From Convolutriloba macropyga (taxonomy: Eukaryota), in assembly GCF_964194025.1 (NCBI RefSeq), contig NC_134476.1:65100001-65164000 (forward strand): a DNA stretch of 64,000 bases, given 5' to 3'. A program made the position numbers and the translations under genes. Below the pieces are notes generated by a model. That model did not search any database, was not told where the DNA came from, and was given only the letters and a program-made list of their open reading frames with translations. Position 1 is the first letter of the stretch. Each line of letters begins with the position of its first letter. Positions 37,316-49,400 of the stretch are shown here, in pieces.

Positions 37316-38062
37316 GTAATGCTGCTGTTTTTTAAGTCTTGTTTCCTCTTTCAGAAACTCTATGAAAGTCAATCTTTTTAAGCTTTGCTGATACAGAAAT
37401 TGACACAAAGACACGTAAAACTGTACTGTTTTAGTCGCTTTTGCTCGTCCAACTTCGGTTTTGCTTTTTTGAAGAAAATTTTTTTGAAGTCAATATTTAA
37501 AATTTTTCAAAAAAAAAAATAAATGCACGATAAGCGGTCAAAAATATTGCATAAAATTGCGGTTATTGTGTTGCATTCGGCGAATACATCGGTGTGATAT
37601 AATAAAGATAATAAAGAGACAAAATTTCTAAAAAAAGTTTGAAGGCTTTGTTCGCAAAGTTGCCATCCGTTTAATCCTCGTTAAAAACTTCTTCAATTAA
37701 TAGTCAATTGAGTCACTTTTTGAAAAAAAATTGCACCACTTTTGGTATTTTTTTCCATATTTTATAATTAGGCTGGCTCAGTTAAACAGAAATTGAGATC
37801 ATTAAGACAGGTGACGTGCCAACAAAACTTTTGGGTGGTTGGGTAAATTATCTTTTTTGTTTCAATTACGTTCAATGCCTAAATACATCACAATTTCAGA
37901 AAATCTTGAAGAAAAGCTTGTCGAAAAAAAGTTCAACTAAAATTTTATTTCATGCATAACCATTATATTCGTTTTTTGTTGTGTAGATTTCAGCAAAAAA
38001 AATCAGACATCTGATAGAGTACAGTCATACCCAACTAATTATTTTTCATATGAATTCCCGAA

Positions 38063-38781
38063 CGCGGTGGACGCAGAACAAGCCAAAATAAGACTGCGCA
38101 TAGTTTTTGCAATCTTTTATGTATTCCAGTGCACCATGGCAACAATATAAGGTCATTTTTAAGAGATCTGGAGATTTGTAGTGCCAACGGACTACTCCAT
38201 GACAGAGCCCCTCATCCGCTTTAGAACGTAATCCGGAAACTGCGGGCCGGTTATCTCGAAAATTTTTGGCTTAGTTGACTTCATTTTAAAAACTCGGCTT
38301 TCTTGACTATCGGCCTGCTTGACCACTTAATTTTTGCTAATCCCATCTTCTTTATGCGTTAAAAACGGTAGCAGTCAAGCAAGCCGATAGGCAAGCAAGC
38401 AGAATTTCGAAAATGATGTCAAGTAAGCCAAAAAAATATGGGGTACCCGTACTTTAAGTCGCCCCTAGTGGGCGCGCATAACGCGCGTCGCTGCTTCGCC
38501 GCAATAACCGGCCCGCGGTTTCTGGATTGCATTCCACAGCGCATGAGAGGCATGGTCATGGACAGCGGTCCGCTGATACCCGTACCCCTTTGATGTCTAT
38601 AAATTGACGGATTTTTGTTTCTTTGGAGCATTGAATACATTATGCACTGTAAAACTATGCGCAGTGTTGGTTGTAACGGTTAACCATGTATTATTTCTGA
38701 TAGATTACATATTTATTACATAATTTTCGGCTTGCTTTTATGTCGGCTTGCTTTTACTTCGGCTTACTTTGCGTTCACCGT
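38063..38781. mobile_element. Foldback-like element with long imperfect inverted arms
   Basis: cggtggacgc..aagcc / ggctt..gcgttcaccg; actgcgcatagtttt / aaaactatgcgcagt; inner hairpin ctatcggcctgcttgac / gtcaagcaagccgatag. Confidence 0.7.
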
Positions 38782-39384
38782 TGAAAACTATCATCCATGC
38801 GGAAACAAGCTTAATTGTTCGCTTTATTCCCATAATGAACCTCAAATCAAGATCTTTTTTTCTTGAAAGAAGAGATTAAACTTTCTTGGAAACGTCTGAA
38901 AGAGGAAACATTTTTTCATCAATTTTGAACATTCCACCAGACCAATAATGCCATTTTATATCTAACACTTCCGACAAGCTTGATTTCATTGTTTATTGTA
39001 AATTTCAACTAACATAAAGCCCTGCAAAATTGTTAACATTTCATTTTGCCCAAATTCTTCAATCAAAATGGGAAAAACTTTGCTTTGAACTTGTCGGAAT
39101 GAAACTTAACTCTCAACTGAATTTGATTACAAGTTTCTTTCAAAAATTTCTGCAACATAAAGCGACATTATTGCTGCAAGTCAAATCTTTGCAACGCTAA
39201 TAATAGTTTAAGAGTTGTTTTAAGATCTTACACGTGTAATGATCAACTTTTCACACATATTGTTACAAATCCGTAAGTAAAATGAAACTTTATATGGGAC
39301 GAGATCAAGATCTTGCTAAAGTTGTTCAGTTTTTATCAGAAAACAAATTTCAAGAATTAGACAACTTGGCAATGTTACATTTTA

Positions 39385-39597
39385 AGCCAGCGCCCCTATG
39401 AATTAAAAAGGATCATTTGTTCCATTTTACCTCTTTTCACAAAACGGGTCTGAACATATGTATAAAGGTCATTACAGTGTGGCATATTGTGAAAAAAAGA
39501 ACAATCATACTAATCGTTAATTTCACAGTATCTCTGTCCTTTTATCGCCGAATTCCAAAAATTAGCACAATATCAATTAAAGTTAGGGGCGCTGGCT
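39385..39597. mobile_element. MITE-like element
   Basis: 14-bp TIR agccagcgccccta / taggggcgctggct. Confidence 0.6.
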
Positions 39598-39934
39598 AGT
39601 TATGTACCAAGTTTAGTTTGTTCACTGGACCATAATCTTTCTTTAAACTGTCTTCGTAAATTCATCAAAAAGCTTTTAGATCGCGGCCACAGTAAATTGA
39701 ATTTATTTTAAATGAGCGCAAAATTCAATTTGAAACCCAATTTTGATCAAATTAGAATAATTATGATTTGTGAATTAAATTTAATCGTAAATTGTATTAT
39801 ATATATTTCGCTTTAAATGTCTTTATACTGCTTTAGTTTCACATTATCTCGATGTTTTTATGTCGCAAAGATGAATTTAAACTTCGCATAATTCTATTTT
39901 TACTAAGCTGGAGAACTAAATTGACTTACTAAAA

Positions 39935-39937
<3 letters not shown>

Positions 39938-39990
<53 letters not shown>
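39938..39990. repeat. (AT)n microsatellite
   Basis: Direct observation. Confidence 0.95.
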
Positions 39991-39993
<3 letters not shown>

Positions 39994-40905
39994 TGTATGT
40001 GTGTGTATGAAAATTTTTGATAAAAAATATGATGACCGATAAAATTTAAATTTAAATGACATTAATTACTATATTGATTTGAGACAAATTTTCTGAAAAT
40101 ATTGAATTTGGACTTAGATTTTATTTGTACAAAATTCAGTACCCTTTTCAATTTTTGTTTTTCAAAATTCCCAGCAATTCTCGTTTCCATTTTCGCTGAT
40201 CTAAATTTCTCCCTCATTACCATTTAGTTCCATTTATGGCGCAACTTTTAGTTCTCATTTTTTTGAACTAATTAGACATAGTAATAATTACTCTCAGACG
40301 AGTTAGAAATACTGGAGCCCAACTTTATTTGTTCACAGACTTAATTCGACTCGAGTAGTCTTTCACAGCATTACACCTTTAATTAAAGTTGGCAATTAAA
40401 ATGCGACTTCAATTGGTGAAACTAAATTTAATCACAAATTCAAATTGGTCCAATTCTTGATTTGATACCCGAAAAGTTGAGGCGACAAATATAATTGTAG
40501 GTGATAATTATATTTAATTAAAATGCCGAGTTAATTGTAGCCAGTGGGATTTAAAATTCAATCCCAGCTTTTCAAATCGTTTCACTTAAATTCATTCTAA
40601 GGTTTGCCGTGGGTTTAATAACATTACATCTCTTGTACACATCGAACTTAATAAACTTAATAAAATCTTGACCAAATTTGAAAAACCAAAACATCAAACA
40701 CAAACAAACATAACATAATTTTGCCACACACAAAGTTACCCAATTCTTATAATTCTCAAATTCAAAAAAAATAATCAAATTGACAACGTTTCTCAATTTT
40801 TCGTAATTGACAACTTTTCTCAATTTTGTGAACAAATTATTATAAAATAAACGTTATTCTCGCTTCATTCATAACTACTAACCCTAGCTGTTATAACCAG
40901 TTACT

Positions 40906-41691
40906 ATGACGACCCTAAGAGCGACTTCAATGGACTGTGGGTGTGGTAATCAAGATTGTGAAGATTCAATAAATACAATCTCTCTGCTAGTTGTGAACCC
41001 AATGCGAGCACCTCTCGTCATCGAACTCCTCGAATGGGCAACTTTCCGCGACCTCTACCACGAAGTGTGCGCAAGAACTTGCTTACCGCGCTCGTCCTTC
41101 AAACTCTCCCACGATCGAATCGGAGTTCTTTCTCCTGAGAACTTCCGCCAAATGGTGGATTGTGGAATTACAAGTGGAACTAAAATCCACCTGGGTGTTA
41201 ACATGCAGACTGGAACTTACAGTTCGGAGCCGAAACTGAAGTTTAACGAAAAGTTTATCCGGGAACGCGTGAACAAAATGACCCCGGATGAAGTACAGCT
41301 ATTTTTCCGCGGGAAATACACCCTTGATTTCACAATTCCGCCCATGCCCGGGTTAGAATTTTGCGGAACAGCTCAGTTTATTATGAGGCGACCAATGAGT
41401 AACAGCCCCCCGCAGTTTCTGACCTGTTTTGAGCGTCTTACGCCCAAAAGGGAAATTACCCACGACGCGTCTGGCAACAAAAAGACTGGAAAAATTGTCG
41501 GGGTCGATTCAAGCGTACAATTGTGTACGCTGCTTTTGAAAACTAAATTGAGCCAGGATTTCTATGACTCCCAAGGAATGCCCGCCCGGACGATGGAAAC
41601 GCTGATTTCGATGTTTGAGGGATTTTTGAACTTATTCGAGAACAGGAAAGACAATAACAGCGGGGGTAGCAGTTCGAAAAATACTTTCTGA
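40906..41691 (+). CDS. MIDN-like: Intronless midnolin/stuxnet-like protein (Ubl + Catch1 + Catch2), 261 aa, lacking the C-terminal basic helix
   Basis: Only long uninterrupted ORF in the window, GC-elevated; ubiquitin-fold pattern (ISLLVVN...CGITSGTKIHLG); KMTPDEVQLFFRGKYTLDFTI resembles Catch1 ([21 protein letters not shown]); QDFYDSQGMPARTMETLISMFEGFL resembles Catch2 ([25 protein letters not shown]); AATAAA near 41922. Confidence 0.75.
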   Translation: MTTLRATSMDCGCGNQDCEDSINTISLLVVNPMRAPLVIELLEWATFRDLYHEVCARTCLPRSSFKLSHDRIGVLSPENFRQMVDCGITSGTKIHLGVNMQTGTYSSEPKLKFNEKFIRERVNKMTPDEVQLFFRGKYTLDFTIPPMPGLEFCGTAQFIMRRPMSNSPPQFLTCFERLTPKREITHDASGNKKTGKIVGVDSSVQLCTLLLKTKLSQDFYDSQGMPARTMETLISMFEGFLNLFENRKDNNSGGSSSKNTF

Positions 41692-44600
41692 GAGCAGAAA
41701 TTCATAAAAATTTGATTTGAAACATTTCGGTTTTAGTTTCGCTCTAGTGTCGTGATTTGTTGTGACGTCACAAACTTATTTTGATGCCATTCAATGGCAA
41801 AAATATACAAAGCAATTTCTCCGTTATAGTCGTATCAGTTTTCATTTTTAATATTTTCAGTTTATTTCAAAGAATTTAGTAAATTTATTTCAATAATTTC
41901 AAAGAACGAGTTTTTGTTATGAATAAACAGCAATTTTAAATTACTGCAGTTTAATAACAAGATTAACTACAAGCACGATTTTATCTTAAAATATAAACAC
42001 TATATTCAAAAAAAGATTGATACGACTATAATGCAGAAAGTTCCTCAATTTCCGCTCGTAAAAATAATTCGTGTACTAAAAACTATTTGAAACATAAAAA
42101 ATTTAAAACTTTTAAAAGCACAAAAAAAAACTTTCGCTACTTGAAAAGCAGTGATTTTGTTTTTATTTGTAGTATTGTCCTGTGTTTGTATGATCATTGT
42201 CAAGTCTTGTGTTGCGTAATAGTTTTGTGCTATGGTATTTGATAAGAAAATGTTCTAAACGCCAATTTTTTCTCGCTCAACTTAACTTCATTAATTTAGA
42301 GAACAGAAGATCAGAAATTACCTTAATGAGAAAAAATCGAGCAATATTAGTTCAGTTTGTCACATCCGTGATGACTGTTAACAACTTGTCAAGAAAATTT
42401 GATTTCTAATTATAAGCGTTTTTTAAGACAAAACGGTTGTTATAATTTGAAAATGAAGCGGAAAAAAAGGTAGAAAACATAAAAACTTCGAATAAAATAA
42501 TTAAAAATTAACTATTAGAAAACTTGAAACAAAATTTGAAAAAAATTTAAAAAAACAACTATTGCATATTTCATTTTTTAATCAAAAAAATGAGATATGC
42601 AATAGATAATTTTAAATTAGTTTTTCTTATAACCCTCTAAGCTCTTTCCAAAGAAACGTTTTATGCATAAGGAAAAATTATCTAATCTTCGAAAAACAAT
42701 GCTTGCATCCAGAAACCTCAAAAGCACCTCAAATACAAGTATGGAATAAATACGTACTTTATTATAAGGTCTGTAAAATATCTTAGTTCACAAATGACAA
42801 TTGTCTCCATAACTGCGTTAAAGACCTTCATTATTCTATTGTAGGCACAAAATTAATAACTTTTTTCTCGCACTTATGATAAAATTTCTAAAGATCTCAA
42901 AACTAATTATTGATTTGAATGTAAACATGAGTAGAGGTAAAAAACATCGAGAAGATAAAATAATTTCATTTAAGTTCATCCTCCAGAGATGTTTCATTAT
43001 GCTCATCCTAAAAGTTTAAAGAAACAATATCGGAGTGCGAAAGAAAGCGTAAACGTCTTATTATATTATTAAAGCAATAACCTTTTTTTAAGATAATCAC
43101 GAAGATTAGAATGCAAAAAATGTTCATTCAAGATATTCTCAGCAATTTAGTTATTTTTGCACACCTAATGATGACAAAAAAATCTAAGCTTCTGTCTACT
43201 GTCAGAAAGATAATTGCGTCTTTTTCAGAACACAGATTCAGTTTTTCGTGAGCATTCACACATTGCTATTTTGAAGTTTTATTCTGCTCACGCAAAAAAA
43301 AAAACAAAACATTTCGGCAGTTAAAAGGACAATAATGGCAAAAGATTACTTTTGAAAGGCTCTGTCGTTTCGTAATTCCAATTAGCAGTTTTTGGCCAAA
43401 ATTTGAAGCCTTTTTGAGCTTTCCCTTCAATCGACAGAAAATGGAAAACTCTATTCAATCAGTTGGTTTTGGTGTTGAAAAATTATACAAAGGCACGACT
43501 ATTTATTCCAGAAAACCCCAGGCAAGCGTAAAATTCACAAAAATATTTATTGTTGGAACTCCGAAAAATTGAAAGCTGGAACAGTGTTTGATAGTGAATG
43601 GGCTGGCAATAACTTGTAGAGAATTATTCTACTCAGATGCGAAAAGCCTTCTAATAGAACAAATCTGTATTCGTTGGAAATTTTTTGTTCCTGAAAAATG
43701 CGTCAGTAGTCAATTTGTCAAAAAATTTGGGACAATCTGAGACAGTTTTCTTCTAGTTTCAACATGCTCTCAAGATTAAAGTTCTATTTCTTCACCTGTT
43801 TTGCTGAGACAATAAAGGTATTTGCTGTGCCAAATTTTTTGCTGAACGCGTTTCATTTGACTATTAACTCGAGGACCAATTCGAAAAATTTTCTTGCTAA
43901 AAATTTGAGCAAACATTAGATTAAGTGATGCACCCAAAAATTTATTCCTTGTTCAATTATACCACATGTCTCACTCTAATATCTTTAAATCATTTTTAAT
44001 AAAGCACAAAGATCTCTCCTTAAAAAGGCATTTCTCAATTTAGTTTTTGCTGATTTTTTATGTATCTAGAACGTGATTTTGGTGTTCATGCTTGTAAATC
44101 TTAGCTATTATGAGTACTAAAAAACCAAAAAATATCTTTAAAATTACGTCATTTAGTAACCTGTATATATGAAAGAAATATCAACTTTTCAAACTCTTCC
44201 GATAATAAACACGTAAGATTTAAGCGATTATTCTACCGCTTTTTTCCTTAATATTTAGTCAAACCACTGTAGTTAACCACCCAAAATAATTTTTGTGTGA
44301 TACTTGTAACCTTTGCTTCTAAAATTTTGCTCAACAAAAAAGGACATCCCGACACTTGAACATGTTCAGCAATTTTCATTAGAACCTTCCCTCTTAGTCA
44401 TTTCAAAACAGTAATTCGAAGCAAGCAAAATTTTTAGCAATAACTACGCCGAATCCTATTTGTTCGCAAAGGAAAAGTCCTAAAATATAGATTTGAATGG
44501 TTACGGTTATAATAGCAGAAATTTCCTCACAAAAACGTTTGCGAGAGTAGAAAAGTACACTATATCAAAAATCAACTGTACCTAGGAGTTTGTCCCTGAC

Positions 44601-45840
44601 ATTTTTGTATAGAACAAACATAATAACGAGCGACAAAAAGTGCACGTGCTGTAGGAAAAAAATTGGATCTGTTCTGTTCCGATTGATCTAAAAACCTATG
44701 TATTCTCACGCGATTGATCAAAAAACCTATGTAGAAAGCACTGACAAATAACGTATACATAGAGATCAAGTTGCAGTGTATTAGAAGCCAGATTTTAATT
44801 TTTGGCGTTTGACAAAATAGTCATAACAAAAACAAGGCAAATAAAAATTTCGAAAACAACCGACATAATCAGAGAAGCAATTCAAACATTATACCAAACA
44901 GAACCAAATTGAAACCGAAACTCCTTTTTTTATCCACAAAAGTTCCTTACCAGAATTAATTAAAAGATTTGATTGGAAAATTTAAATCATTGTCGCAACG
45001 GCAAAGATTTCACTAATGACACCATTGAAGCAAGAAACTACAATAATAATTCCTTTATTAATCAGAAAATAACAGCACATTTTTGAAAATCCAGATAATA
45101 AACTGATGAACAAAACATCATGAAATCCGTAAACTGCAAAATTTTGTTTTATTGGAAACAGATCTGGTAAGTTTCAAAAATAGACAAATGTTTTCTAAGA
45201 TTGTCAAAGAACAATTAAACATTAACGGATATCCTGGCTAATAAAATTCAAGCAAATTGAACTATATGATAAGAAAAAAACGAAAATTAAATTTTGATTC
45301 CCTCGAAAACAACTGATTTTTTGTTTATGCATTCCAAAAGAAATTTTTCTTGCTCAAGCAATTTTAAGCAACTGTGAAACCAAGTTTCTCCAGGAAAAGT
45401 TAAACAGATGCACATCAAAAGCCTAAAGGCGAAAATTAGCTCATTACCAAATCCCTGCCCCACTAAATTTCAGAGAAATTGAATATCAGCCCTTTCAATA
45501 TCAAAAAAGTCAAAAAACTTGAGAGTAAGACCAAGAAAAATTCCTGGTTAAACTCCAAGAATAAATAGGAGTAGGTGCAAAAAAATTATTCCCTCTGCAA
45601 CGAATTAAACGATACCACCTGCAAACGAAAGATTAAATATCCAAGGAAAATGATAAATTTTAAAACATAAGGGGCAGATTGCCGGAAAATAGCCGCCGTT
45701 GACGCGCTTGGTGCACATCGGGATTACAACAAATAAAGAAGAAACAGATTGCCTGATTTTTTTTCTGTTCTTCTTTTCAGTGTCACAAAATGCTCTAATT
45801 TGGCGTGCAGTTTGTCAGATTCTAAAACTATACTTAGTTC

Positions 45841-45966
45841 GCATCTTTCCCATTATAGCCCCCAATTATGGTATAATCAATCACCGTGATGGGGAGGGGG
45901 GGGGGGGCTATACTTCATCTGACCACTGAGCTGGGGGGGGGGGGGGGGGTATAATGGGAAAAAACC
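45841..45966. mobile_element. MITE, cccattatagccc subtype
   Basis: TIRs; TSD cttagttc/cttaattc. Confidence 0.8.
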
Positions 45967-46336
45967 CTTAATTCAACTTCTAAATTGAAAACTAATAATC
46001 TAAATACCAATGTCAGCTAGCAAACACTCTAATGACCTTTGATAAACTAATTCTCAATGACTTAATGACCGGACCTTATTGGTTTATCCCGTTTTTGAGT
46101 TTGATATTTTGAGTTTGACAGTATTCACAATATTGCGTAATTCTATGCGTGAAAGAATTTAAAAGCCACTCAGTTGAAACAGTGAGTGAAGTAAATCAGA
46201 AGTCAAACGTGAGAATCGTGACTTATGTAAAACGAAAAAAGTGCCCAAAGGGTAAAGTGAATTAAAAAGGAGCGTACCTAAGAGATAGCCGTTGAGCCGT
46301 TCTGATGTCCATAAAAACGGAGCTAATAGAAAAAAG

Positions 46337-46420
46337 GGAATCTTCCCCTTTGTGCCTCCCCAGCTTAGTGAATGCATATTATTTGCATCCCCCAGACGCA
46401 CGTGCCATATTTTGAAAAAT
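46337..46420. mobile_element. Truncated copy of GG...CC MITE
   Basis: Family core cccagcttagtgaatgcatattatttgcatcccccagacgcacgtgccatat; right end missing. Confidence 0.7.
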
Positions 46421-49400
46421 GTAATTGGAAAACCTGTACATTTCATTATTCATCGTTGAAAGCTAAGTTTAATTATACAGCCAACCTCTTGCTATCAAAG
46501 ATGAAAAAAAGAATCCAAAGAAGTGAAACATTCAAACAATCGCCATAATTGGAATATGTGTAAAATCTAATTAAAAATAAAAGCCGACTAACGTTGGATG
46601 AAATTCTCTCGACGAAAAGTTCACGCAAAAGAACGACACACACGTTTACAAAAATTGCTAAAATCTTCCGTCAAGGACAATGAAAATCAGCACCCATCAT
46701 ATACAATGGCAATCAATTCGTGAGTAGTCAAAAGTATGCTGCCATATAAACTAAACCAAAAAAAATCGGCTCAAAAACCCAAAATATTAAAAACCAAAAT
46801 GTAACCAAAATTTTACATATGAGCCAATTATCCACTGTAGCGTTTTTCTAAATAACATCTTGTTATGAATTCAGAAAAACTATTTTCAAAATCTACAAAA
46901 AGTTCAGCTAGGTCAAAACGCTTTATAAAAAACCAAGCGTTGAAAAAATGGTCAGAAATCATAGGTTGCACAGATACTGATTGCGTAAAAAACAAAGCTA
47001 GCAGAAAATTTTCATGCAGTAACTCATTAGAGAGGCCTTGAGAAATTAGAACTCGGCAATTAAATCTGCGATTACCTAAGCTAACCTGAATTATTCCAAA
47101 CAAAACTTAAATTTAGTACTGAAGAAACAATAATTTTTTCGTTCTGGCGTCACAGCTATTAAGAAAAGACACTTTTCTTTTAGACAGGAAACAATAATTT
47201 TTCACGGCAAAAAATTGTTTAATACCTAGCCCCAAGAATATTTAAAGAAAACAGATATCAGTCGGAACTTTTACAGCGAGAAGTAATCACAGCAAAATCT
47301 GTGATTCATCATATTAAATAAATTGCAAGTTTGTGGGAGATTGCTAGAATGCGGACAATACACCTGAACAAACAATATTTCGAGTTAAAAAACAATCCCG
47401 CTATTAATAAACATAACCAACTAACGTCGGGCGAATTGGTATCAAACGACCGGCGAGCAGTTGGCTTCGTCAGTAGCTAATCACGATTTAGTGAGGCTAG
47501 GTTTAGCTTGCTTCGACCCTTCAAATTTTCAGTTTTCTAGCCTTGTAAATAAATCAAATAAAAACCATATATTTTTAAAATTTGCAAAATTCAAAAGAAA
47601 AGCTTCCAAATTTTGCAGTGAAAAAGTTCAAAACTATTTTTTCTCTCTGGAGTTATTTTAAGTAACCAATCTGCAAGACTTGAAAAGCTTCGTACAGTAA
47701 TGATGGTCAAAATCATTAAAGGACAAAAAACTTCTGAAAACAATTGCAAATTTTAACAAAGTCTTGATAAATTCAAAAAATTAAAATCTTCAAAACCAGT
47801 TGATTGTCTCAAGAGACTATCTAGTATCCATATCTCAAGCTTTGAATAGTTTCACTGGCTCATAAAGATCCATAAAGTTGGAACACGATACTAATTTTAA
47901 GAAATATTGAAAAAATTTTATCAAAAAATTGCTAAGGATGGAGTCAATAATATATTGATAACCATTCCAATAACACTAGAAAATATGCAACAGCTCATCG
48001 TCAAATCTTGAAGGAGGTCCTTAGTACCCTGTTGCCGGAAAAAATAAAAAAATCCAAAAGATTAAAAAAAACTTTGCAACCATTTTTTAAAAATTGCTGA
48101 CATTAAAATCCTGAAAAACGTTCTATTACATCTACAAGCTATGCATCCACCTAAAATCAAACCCCAGAGGACGTTGTGGATCCTGAAACCTAAAACAAAT
48201 GACAAAATTACAAAAAAAATGCAAATTGCATTAAAAACTGCTAAAATTGGTGATAATAAAAGTTGAAAACTAATCCATGGCCAAAAACATCCCATTACTT
48301 TTAGAAACTATACAGTAAACTATTGTCAAACCCTAGAGAAGATTCCTTGGTTCTTGAGGCTGTATAAACCAAAAAACCGACAAACATTTTCAAAAAAATC
48401 TTGAAAAAATTGAAAAATTTATCAAAAAAAATGCTAAAACTTGTGATATTAAAAAGTTTAAAACAATTCCATGGCCATTAAAAATTTTTCAGTGACTTAT
48501 TATTAAACGCTTAAGGAGGTTTTCTGGCCCCTGGGTCCGCAAAAACCTGAATAACGAAAAATAATTATCAAAAAATAGAAAAAAATTGTCAAAAAATGAT
48601 GAAAATCGTTTAAATGTTGAAACCAATCCACTAGCACTAGAAACTATGGAGTAACCCATTAACACGCCGTAGAGGAGGTTCCTTGACACACAGGGCTGAC
48701 AAACTCAAAAAGTTACAACAATTTTTTAAAATCTTGAAAAAAAATTGTGAAAATTAGTGTAAAATTGCGGGTTTTTAGCGATCGGTTGTTCAAACGTAGC
48801 GACGGTGGGTGCCCCGGGGGCTGATGGAGATGGAGGGGGTGGGCAACAGTGGGATGGGGGCAAGAGCGCGGTGGGGGCAATAGTGGCGGGGGGTCAAAAG
48901 TGGGGGTGTCTTCAACCTCTCTTCCTCCCTTCACACCATAAGTATAAGTCTCCAGAACAGTTTGAGCTGAAAGGCTCTAAGAGCACTTAATGCGCGCTAC
49001 CTGTTTATCCCGTTTTTGAGGACGAAAAGTCAAAAGCGTCAGACGAAAAATCAGTCAAGCGAAAAATCGCATAAATATAATTGCTACAAACTTCGTTTGA
49101 GAGCAATTAATTACAGGAGCAATGATTTTAGTTAACGCGAAGCGTTGTGGCCAGCAACACTTCCCAATGATGAATAGAGTTTGGAAGCAAAGAATGGTCT
49201 TAGTGATGTCATTTTTGAGCAGCGGTTGCAGAACTCGAAACTAAAGAACTCAAAATTTCATTGAAGTCGAATTTCAAAGAAGCACTGACGACCGTACGTA
49301 AAAGCAATAAATACGCGATTCCCTCAAATTCTCCGAGCGCCGATAAGACGTAAAGCAATAGACGAATTGGGAACTTTAAGACCTTCGTGAGCAGATCTTG

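Noticed and set aside
41762-41773. CRE palindrome tgtgacgtcaca beside the midnolin-like ORF
   Set aside because: It lies downstream of the ORF, and TGACGTCA recurs in repeat copies (e.g. ~26860, ~53866, ~57809, ~60900), so it is not distinctive
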